DNA of 64,000 nucleotides from contig OZ246404.1 in NCBI GenBank assembly GCA_965230955.1, positions 856,790 to 920,789 on the forward strand, read 5' to 3'. This document shows positions 56,997-64,000 of the stretch, one piece after another. Source of the stretch: an uncultured Candidatus Saccharibacteria bacterium (GTDB lineage Bacteria > Patescibacteriota > CALEFQ01). The notes beneath the pieces were generated by a model. It was not told where the DNA came from. It made no database searches and saw only the letters and a program-made list of their open reading frames with translations. The first letter of the stretch is position 1, and each line of letters begins with the position of its first letter. Position numbers and translations under genes: made by a program.

Positions 56997-57617
56997 TCAC
57001 AGAGGTGCGATCGGGAGGTCGCTTAATTTCCAATCGAACTTTCGGCCGTCAAGATATTCCAGAGACGCCCACCACTCTTTATCGGTCGTTGTGAAATCCG
57101 TGTTCCAGGCCGCTCCGCCTTTGGCGGATTCGACTTTTATTTGATGCGACCCCGCCGGCAATTTGAGCGGCAATTGCTTCCAATCAAGCCCCGGAGCCGG
57201 CACATCGATACCCGCTCCCACCTCAATTGAGGAACCATATTTGAAATTTTCGTCCACGATCACTCGATCATCAAGCGTAACTATTAGGTCGACCGGATCA
57301 ACCGAGACGCTCCGATTACGGATCATCAGGGTCAAGCGATTGACCGGCTGAGCCGGGTCAGACGGGATGTTTTCATCGGCCGAAGCGAGCAAATCAGAAT
57401 TATCTATATCAGCCTCTTCCATCGGCTGGAGAGCTTCCGGCAAAACCGAGGAAGCTTCGGCGGAAACAGGCTCCGGCGCGTCGGCCGATTTTTTGTCGTC
57501 TGATTTGGGCCACCAGATCAAAACCGCCACCAAAGCAATAATCACTAGCGCGAGCACAAAAATCAAAATTAATAAGCGTCGCTTTATCGGGGAGGAAGAA
57601 ATGGCCGGCGTAGTCAT
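56997..57617 (-). CDS. Membrane-anchored hypothetical protein
   Basis: N-terminal TM segment, then an acidic linker and a beta-rich domain. Confidence 0.4.
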   Translation of the reverse strand: MTTPAISSSPIKRRLLILIFVLALVIIALVAVLIWWPKSDDKKSADAPEPVSAEASSVLPEALQPMEEADIDNSDLLASADENIPSDPAQPVNRLTLMIRNRSVSVDPVDLIVTLDDRVIVDENFKYGSSIEVGAGIDVPAPGLDWKQLPLKLPAGSHQIKVESAKGGAAWNTDFTTTDKEWWASLEYLDGRKFDWKLSDLPIAPL

Positions 57618-58630
57618 TATTTTTTTATCGCGTTAGCCGTTTTACCGCTCCCGGACAATTTAGTTTTGGCAATTACCGGAACATTTGGAGTGACCATGAG
57701 CGCGTTTTGCTTTTCCGATGATTTGCTTTTTTGCAGAATCGGAGCAATAAAAGAATTTTGCTTCAATTTTGATTTGGCGTTGAGATAATCAATCATCATC
57801 CCGGCAATATCGACGCCGGTTACCATCTGACTAGCCGCGAAAGGACAGGGGAAATTAACTTCCGCTAAATGGAAACGGCCGTCCTGAGACACCAAAATGT
57901 CCACCCCGCCGAATTCCAGCGACAGGACATTGACCGCCTCGATGGCGACTTTTTCGATTTCCGGAGAAAACTTTTTGGCGGCGACAATACGTTTGGCTCC
58001 GACATTGGAGCGAAAATCGCCGCGGGCTTTTTTATAGCTGATACTGTCCACCACGCGATTGCCCAAAATCGTGATCCGAGCCTGCTCGGCGTGCTCGATA
58101 AATTGCCGCATGATATAGGCCGTATCCTGATGGCGCTGGCATAAATGGTCGCAGACGGAAACCAGCGATTCAAAAGAATCGACTTTCATCACGCCCGTCC
58201 CGCCATAGCCGCCCAGCGCCTTGATGATGATCGGAAAACCGCCCAAATGATTGACGTAATTGCGCAACAGTCGGCGATCGGTAGTAATGTCGAAAATAGT
58301 TTTGATAATCGGCAATTTCTTTTTTTGGTGCAAAATCGTCGCCTCCAAAGACTTTTCCGCGTCATTGAACTCCTGCATGGAAATCAATTGCGAGTGGAAA
58401 GTGACGCACTTGGAATCCAATAAAATCTTGGCTAGCTTTATGGCCCGAGGGGTATCGGAAGAACGGTACATACCGTCGGTATTTTTGATCCGGTAAAGTT
58501 TGCTGAAATCGTAATCATCCGCCTCGACAATTACCATTTCTATTTTCCGCTTTTGGCAAGCTTTGGCCAAAAATTTTTCAGTGGTGGGATCCGTCCCCTT
58601 TCGGGCAACGATCAAATGAAATTTATCCAT
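57617..58630 (-). CDS. ATP-grasp family protein (RimK-like)
   Basis: FPIIIKALGGYGGTGVMKV ATP-grasp P-loop-like segment. C-terminal Mg/ATP-binding region (VNFPCPFAASQ). Confidence 0.65.
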   Translation of the reverse strand: MDKFHLIVARKGTDPTTEKFLAKACQKRKIEMVIVEADDYDFSKLYRIKNTDGMYRSSDTPRAIKLAKILLDSKCVTFHSQLISMQEFNDAEKSLEATILHQKKKLPIIKTIFDITTDRRLLRNYVNHLGGFPIIIKALGGYGGTGVMKVDSFESLVSVCDHLCQRHQDTAYIMRQFIEHAEQARITILGNRVVDSISYKKARGDFRSNVGAKRIVAAKKFSPEIEKVAIEAVNVLSLEFGGVDILVSQDGRFHLAEVNFPCPFAASQMVTGVDIAGMMIDYLNAKSKLKQNSFIAPILQKSKSSEKQNALMVTPNVPVIAKTKLSGSGKTANAIKK

Positions 58631-58768
58631 GGATGTATAACCGGCTGGTGTTATCGACACGCCAGATTAATTGATCAATGATGCGAATTTTAACACGCAT
58701 AAAATAAAACACAAGGATATTCCGGACGATTGTTCTTGCTCGGGACTAATTAATTCCGGATTCATGAA

Positions 58769-59500
58769 TTAATTATGAAAGATAATGCTATCCATAACTG
58801 TGTAATAAAAATCCTGTATCGTGGGCTCGGGAATCGCCATCAGCACTTCATTGGGCATGTCGCCGTTAGGATGAAAGAAAGCATAAGTCAGGCCGGCATG
58901 TTCTTTGAAAGTCTGACCCATGAACATCGGCTCGCTCTGCGCCATCGCCAATTGTGACGCGGTGTAAGCCGTAATCGTGAAAAGAGGCACCCGGCCCAGG
59001 CCGCACATTCCGCCATCATAACTGGCATCAGACAATCTATAACAATAATTATACGAAGCGGTCGCTCCGGGAGACGGCAAATAATCAACAAAGGTTTTAT
59101 CCGCCATGGCCGTTCCGACATATACCGAGAAAATCCCGTCCGGTGCCATGGCCCGCCCCGTCATGTCATATCCCGGCATAATCGGAGTCGGAGTAATGAC
59201 CGGGGTCGCAGTCACCGCCGGCGTGGATGCCGACGAGGCGGTCAGCGTCGGGGTCGCAGTAACAGTCACCGTAACCGCCGGTGTAGCAGTCGCGGTGAAA
59301 TTAACCACCGGCCGAGCAACAGACATCTGCGAAACCACCAGATAAACAATTATGCCTCCCGCCACGGCCAAACAAATAGCCAGTACAATAATCCAAGTAC
59401 GATTATTTTTTGGCGGCGGAACCGGAAAATTTGCCGGCGGAGTATTGATCGGCGGAACAGGCACGACCGGAATGTAATTTGACCGTTGGGGAGAATTCAT
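58769..59500 (-). CDS. Pro/Thr/Val-rich membrane-anchored hypothetical protein
   Basis: Pro-rich N-terminus, a TM segment, a TATPAVTVTVTATP low-complexity linker and a globular C-terminus. Confidence 0.4.
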   Translation of the reverse strand: MNSPQRSNYIPVVPVPPINTPPANFPVPPPKNNRTWIIVLAICLAVAGGIIVYLVVSQMSVARPVVNFTATATPAVTVTVTATPTLTASSASTPAVTATPVITPTPIMPGYDMTGRAMAPDGIFSVYVGTAMADKTFVDYLPSPGATASYNYCYRLSDASYDGGMCGLGRVPLFTITAYTASQLAMAQSEPMFMGQTFKEHAGLTYAFFHPNGDMPNEVLMAIPEPTIQDFYYTVMDSIIFHN

Positions 59501-59510
59501 ATATTTATTT

Positions 59511-60098
59511 TTAATAACCTAAAAAGCTGATCTTCGCCCGCATCATCTTCTGATAAAAAGTTCTTTCCGCTTTATTAGGATCGGCTTCAAAGACAACGTC
59601 ATCCAGACCTTCCCAGAAAAAGAACCAGCCGGCCGGCTCCAAGACTACCACCAAAAAGCTCAGAATGAAAAATTGCTCGGTAAACAAAAAAAGTAGCCAG
59701 GTAGCCACAAGCATCAAAACTAACCCAACCACCACAAAAGATAAACCCCGCCGCACTTTTTTCTTTCGTTCATTTATCAAGCTGACGGCTCGCTGATGAA
59801 AATATTCGTGCAGGCGTTTTTTGATCACGTTTTCCGCCGTCTGATTACGGACACCATGCGGAATCATAAAATTCAGTTCAAACTCCCCTTCCCCCCGATC
59901 GACCACCGCTTTGCGCGCTTCGCGCAAAAAATCATCGGAAATCGAACGCTCGTGCATGCCGCGCGGATCAAAATCGGAAAAAATATGGGTGTAGCCCTTA
60001 AGGAGCATACTGACTTCGGAAACTTCCAACAACTTCTGCTTGGGCGCTTTTTCCAGATTTTCCAGCGATTTTGACAAATTGTCTTTGGGGTTGAACAT
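59511..60098 (-). CDS. Hypothetical membrane protein
   Basis: Two C-terminal TM helices after a soluble N-terminal domain. Confidence 0.4.
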   Translation of the reverse strand: MFNPKDNLSKSLENLEKAPKQKLLEVSEVSMLLKGYTHIFSDFDPRGMHERSISDDFLREARKAVVDRGEGEFELNFMIPHGVRNQTAENVIKKRLHEYFHQRAVSLINERKKKVRRGLSFVVVGLVLMLVATWLLFLFTEQFFILSFLVVVLEPAGWFFFWEGLDDVVFEADPNKAERTFYQKMMRAKISFLGY

Positions 60099-60204
60099 GA
60101 GGTAAATTACAAATTAAATTGATCTGATTCCTCATCCTGGGCAGTATCGCACTTGGGCCCGACCTCTATCATATATTTTACACGAAAAAACCGGTTTGAT
60201 GAAA

Positions 60205-61068
60205 CTATTCGGTAATTATCGCTAGGATAACCACCGCCACTACCGCGACCGCCAAACCGAACCATTGGTGCCTTTGCAATTTTTCCTTGTTGATTATCAG
60301 GCCTAAAATGGCGGCAAAAGCGATGTAACTTTCGCTGATCCCGATGACCAAAGCAATCGGCGCGAACAAAACACCGGCGCCATAAGCGATCCAAGCCAAA
60401 TTATCAAAGATACTGACGGCCAAAATCAGCTTCTTTGATTGCCGCCAACCTTTCGAAATATCCCCCAGCCGCTTGGTAAAAAACAAATAAAACAACGCCA
60501 CCACGGCGATGAAGACGCTCAAGAACCAATTCATGACCAGCGGATCGGTCGCCCGCGCCCCGACGCCAAATAAAAAGTTCACCACTCCCATGGCGGCAGT
60601 CGCGATCACCGCCAACCATACGCCCTTTTCCAAATGAAGTTTCTTAAAAATTTTCAGCCCTTTGACTGAAACTAAAAATATTCCGACCAACAGCGTCACA
60701 ATCAAAATCGTCGGCCAGAATCCCAATCCTTCTTGCAGTAAAAAACTGGCCAGGAGCACCGTAATCGGCACTTCCAAGGCGTACACCGGCTCGATCACCG
60801 ACAGTTTTCCGACTTTGAGCGCTTGAAATTCAAACAAAGCGGCAAACAACATCACCCCGCTGGTGACCAAGAGAATGATTAACTCGGACGGATGACGCAC
60901 CAAATCACCGAGAATCCCCCAGACAAAAGGCAGCAAGAAAAAGGAGCCAAACGCGGTGATATAAAAAAGCGCCACCCAATTGCCAAATTTACGGGCGCTC
61001 CTTTGGATCAAAAAATCTCCAATACCCCAACAAAACAGCGCCAAGACAGCAAACAAAATTCCCCACAT
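60205..61068 (-). CDS. EamA/DMT superfamily transporter
   Basis: Ten hydrophobic helices arranged as two EamA-like repeats. Confidence 0.75.
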   Translation of the reverse strand: MWGILFAVLALFCWGIGDFLIQRSARKFGNWVALFYITAFGSFFLLPFVWGILGDLVRHPSELIILLVTSGVMLFAALFEFQALKVGKLSVIEPVYALEVPITVLLASFLLQEGLGFWPTILIVTLLVGIFLVSVKGLKIFKKLHLEKGVWLAVIATAAMGVVNFLFGVGARATDPLVMNWFLSVFIAVVALFYLFFTKRLGDISKGWRQSKKLILAVSIFDNLAWIAYGAGVLFAPIALVIGISESYIAFAAILGLIINKEKLQRHQWFGLAVAVVAVVILAIITE

Positions 61069-61088
61069 ACTATTTGGATATCATTTTT

Positions 61089-61748
61089 TTAATCTGCGGT
61101 CGGTCCAGTTTCCCGGAATTCCTTATCATACTTCGCATCCATTATCCACATCACGAAAGGCGCCGATAAACAGATCAAATTGCTATAGACCGGCCAAACA
61201 AATGACATCCCGATGGCAACCAGGGCCAGTATGGGAATAACTAACAAACGCCAGCGCAATTCCTTCCTTGCCAGAGGATTGAATTCACCGGCGAGAAAAT
61301 GTTTTTTTTCGGCATATGACCAAATCGCGAAATAAATTAATCCTACACAAAGAATATTAATGTCGAACAATATACCGGCCAATTGGAAATTCAGATACTC
61401 TCCCATCAGATCCGTGGTAAAAGGAATGAAAATGACAAAAATTAGCGAAAGGAAATTGAGCCACAAAAACCTGTTATCAACTTTTATCAATAAATTGTAT
61501 TCTTTGTGATTAGTAATCCAAAAAACTGCCAAAAGCAAAAAGCTAAGACCATAAACCAAAATCTGTGGCAACAAATCAATCAAGCGCGTGGAAAATTCGG
61601 AATTGGTAGCCAATTGGCCGTACTTTGGAATATCGATTGTAACCACCAGCAACGTCAAAGAAAAGGCATAAATAGCATCGACCATGTCTTTAGTTCGATG
61701 TGAACTCATGAATGATCTTTGGTCAGACGGTTTCTTTTCGGCGTCCAT
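61089..61748 (-). CDS. DUF1211/TMEM175-like membrane protein (putative K+ channel family)
   Basis: RTKDMVDAIYAFSLTLLVVTIDIP resembles the RxxxFSDGxxAIAITLLVLEL helix-1 signature. Six TM helices. Confidence 0.55.
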   Translation of the reverse strand: MDAEKKPSDQRSFMSSHRTKDMVDAIYAFSLTLLVVTIDIPKYGQLATNSEFSTRLIDLLPQILVYGLSFLLLAVFWITNHKEYNLLIKVDNRFLWLNFLSLIFVIFIPFTTDLMGEYLNFQLAGILFDINILCVGLIYFAIWSYAEKKHFLAGEFNPLARKELRWRLLVIPILALVAIGMSFVWPVYSNLICLSAPFVMWIMDAKYDKEFRETGPTAD

Positions 61749-61782
61749 GGAGATTGTTAGATTATTTTAGATAAAAAATCTG

Positions 61783-62325
61783 CTACCAAGAGATGTTGTA
61801 CGTGCAAGAATCCGCTCCCTGTTTACGACATGGCTTGGTATCATCATGCTGGACCTGAACCAAAAAAGCATCGGCCGGTTTGAAACGCTGAGCCATGGCT
61901 TCAATGATACCACGATCAAAATCGCAGGGATAAGGATTACCGCATACCAGACGGGCTGATTTTTCTCCGGTCTTCGTAAAAAGATAATGCCCGATTTCTC
62001 CCTGGCGATGATTCAAGTGATAAGCGACATCAATTGATTTTAGCGCGTCCTCAATTGTTTTTATGGATGGTGGGAATTGGGCACTCTCGGGAATTTTCAG
62101 TCCAATGGCATGGATAGTGGATTCCCCGATCTTTTCATAGATTTCCTTAAAAGAATCCAAGAAAGCCTGCTGATTATACCAACCATCCGGCTTGATATCC
62201 GTCAGTCCGTGACGAGCCAATATCTGAACGGCCGATTTCTGGAAACTGGCCATTCCTTTAAGAATAGAAAGGATTGATTGCCCATTAACTTCGACTCGAG
62301 GATCGATGGCTTTGAATTGAGACAT
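61783..62325 (-). CDS. Hypothetical protein (180 aa)
   Basis: ORF with normal composition. No recognisable motif. Confidence 0.4.
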   Translation of the reverse strand: MSQFKAIDPRVEVNGQSILSILKGMASFQKSAVQILARHGLTDIKPDGWYNQQAFLDSFKEIYEKIGESTIHAIGLKIPESAQFPPSIKTIEDALKSIDVAYHLNHRQGEIGHYLFTKTGEKSARLVCGNPYPCDFDRGIIEAMAQRFKPADAFLVQVQHDDTKPCRKQGADSCTYNISW

Positions 62326-62343
62326 GAAATTTTATTTTTAATT

Positions 62344-62823
62344 TTATTTATCGAGCTGGCCGATAATCACGACATAATTCTGGCCGTATTTTTTCGCGCA
62401 TTTGGGACAAGTGGTATACCACATGAACATCTTTTTGATCTCAAAACCTTTTTGCTTGGCATAACCGGCAAAATCTTGGCACCATTTACCGGTATCACTA
62501 AAATCACCTTCATAGACTCTACTGCAAAATTTCCCAGACAGAGTGGTATTTTCAGCTCCGATAATTTCTTTATCGACCGCCAGATATAAATCCATTCGCC
62601 AGGACGAAACGTGATCGGACAAACAGAGAGCATCGACAAACTTTCCCCCGCCTTGTTCAACTTTTTTGGTAAGTTCAACCATCATCGCGCCGAAATTCAT
62701 CGGGATGTTAAACGCCGTACGCACTTTGCCTTTGATAAATTTTTTGTCTTTCCATTCAAAAACTTTATCTTGCCAGGGAGCGGGATTAAACCGCGGGCAG
62801 CATTCTTTTTTTTCGCTGGGCAT
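62344..62823 (-). CDS. Cys-rich hypothetical protein (159 aa)
   Basis: Conserved-looking Cys pairs (CCPRF ... CPKC). An AAAGAC-repeat element abuts its start codon. Confidence 0.4.
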   Translation of the reverse strand: MPSEKKECCPRFNPAPWQDKVFEWKDKKFIKGKVRTAFNIPMNFGAMMVELTKKVEQGGGKFVDALCLSDHVSSWRMDLYLAVDKEIIGAENTTLSGKFCSRVYEGDFSDTGKWCQDFAGYAKQKGFEIKKMFMWYTTCPKCAKKYGQNYVVIIGQLDK

Positions 62824-62923
62824 AAATTTAGTCTTTAGTTTTTGGTCTTTGGGTAGAGACGAAAGACCAAAGACGGCTGTTATAATATTTTATCTATAAA
62901 ACCGGCGGCTAATCTCAGCAAGA

Positions 62924-64000
62924 TCAGTTGCGTCGACCGCGGCCTTGATAGCGCGCCGATCGGCGACCATAATGGTAATCCGAAGTACTGGGAGCCGGCC
63001 GCTGTCCGCGAAAATATTTTTGGGCAGGCTTATTCCCCGACATGAATTTCGGCTGGCGCTTGCCCGGCAATTCCGGCACGGGAGAAATCGGCAAAGTTTT
63101 TCTGATCAAGCGTTCGATATCATGCAATTCTCGGCGTTGTTCCGGCGTCACCAATGAGATAGCATGGCCGGCCACTCCGGCTCTGGCCGTCCGCCCGATC
63201 CGATGCACATAATCTCCGGCATCGTCCGGCAAATCGTAATTTATAACCAATTCAATCCCGGTGACATCGATCCCGCGGGAAGCGATATCGGTGGCGATGA
63301 GCACGCGGTATTCGCCTGATTTAAATCCGGTCAACGCCGCTTTGCGCTGAGACAAAGAACGATTGGAATGAATTTCGACGGCGCTGTGATGCATCGCTTT
63401 GACGGATCTGGTCAAAGCCTTGGCGCCATATTTGGTTCGAGTGAAAATCAGGGTCGGACCCAGATATTGCTGCAATAATTTATCTACCAATCTGGTTTTG
63501 TCCGGTTTGGGAATGATAAATATTTCCTGACTGAGATTCGCCGCGACGGTACCGGTGGGCGCGACCTCAATCCGGATCGGCACTCTCAAAAAACTGGTCG
63601 CCATTTTCATGATCTCCGACGCCAGCGTGGCGGAAAAAAGCATAGTTTGGCGCTCCGCGGGTAATTCCCGGAAAATCTTTTTTATTTGCGGAGCAAAACC
63701 CATATCCAGCATCCGATCGGCTTCATCTAAAATAACTATTTTCGTGTTCCTTAGGTTGGCCGTTTTTTGCTGAAGGTGATCATTGAGCCGGCCAGGCGTG
63801 GCGATGATGACATGAGGCTTGCGATTAAGCGCCTGGATCTGGGGACGAATGGCTGTGCCGCCAATCAAGACCGCGGTGCGCAGACCAAAAGCCGAACCGA
63901 TTTGGTTTAAGGCCTCATCGATCTGCAGAGCCAGTTCGCGCGTCGGTAATACTACCAGACCATTGCCTTTGACCTGGCTGAGACGCTGAAGCAAAGGAAT
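62924..64000 (-). CDS. DEAD-box ATP-dependent RNA helicase, partial (N-terminus beyond window end)
   Basis: PTRELA, DEAD (ILDEADRML), SAT, helicase C-terminal motifs (ARGIDV, HRIGRTAR) and an RG-rich tail. The reading frame remains open to position 64000. Confidence 0.85.
   Translation of the reverse strand: MPLLQRLSQVKGNGLVVLPTRELALQIDEALNQIGSAFGLRTAVLIGGTAIRPQIQALNRKPHVIIATPGRLNDHLQQKTANLRNTKIVILDEADRMLDMGFAPQIKKIFRELPAERQTMLFSATLASEIMKMATSFLRVPIRIEVAPTGTVAANLSQEIFIIPKPDKTRLVDKLLQQYLGPTLIFTRTKYGAKALTRSVKAMHHSAVEIHSNRSLSQRKAALTGFKSGEYRVLIATDIASRGIDVTGIELVINYDLPDDAGDYVHRIGRTARAGVAGHAISLVTPEQRRELHDIERLIRKTLPISPVPELPGKRQPKFMSGNKPAQKYFRGQRPAPSTSDYHYGRRSARYQGRGRRN

Overview
This is a 64-kb bacterial window with about 48% GC in which nearly all genes lie on the minus strand. 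Taxon unknown.

Housekeeping and operon blocks:
- A compact chemotaxis operon (MCP, CheW, CheX/CheC-like, CheY, CheB, CheA, CheC, CheD) preceded by a HAMP-only membrane protein. No CheR is present in the window.
- An ECF sigma, anti-sigma, secreted repeat protein and CE4 polysaccharide deacetylase module. Two matching TGAAAT-N16/17-CGTA promoters sit upstream of the sigma gene and the repeat-protein gene.
- An efflux cluster: RND pump, HlyD-type adaptor and a MacB-like ABC pair, next to an M23 peptidase.
- Two tandem paralogous secreted giant proteins built from BNR (Asp-box) propeller and FG-GAP repeats, one carrying an extra Ig-like domain.
- A cupin, an HI0933-type flavoprotein, a small GIY-YIG protein and a cold-shock protein.
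- dnaG and rpoD, followed by tRNA-Asn(GTT). Beyond dnaG lies a tRNA-Pro/Pro/Ser array with repeated hairpin flanks. A second GIY-YIG gene sits inside that array between 43-bp direct repeats.
- Assorted membrane, lipoprotein, ATP-grasp, DMT-transporter and TMEM175-like genes, and a 5'-truncated DEAD-box helicase at the window end.

Most notable result: 32.1 to 50.4 kb is an accessory array anchored at the 3' end of tRNA-Asn.
- It holds five co-oriented gene cassettes separated by a reiterated composite junction module. Each module has degenerate tRNA-Asn 3'-end (att-like) fragments, a hairpin and a conserved ~190-bp sequence.
- No integrase is encoded in the array.
- The cassettes carry defence-like genes: a TIR-TPR protein, a Shedu/DUF4263-like nuclease, an HEPN plus MBL pair, an HNH nuclease and a class II Fic protein.
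- They also carry recently duplicated accessory genes: GNAT paralogs and SDRs, plus an SDR pseudogene fragment outside the array.
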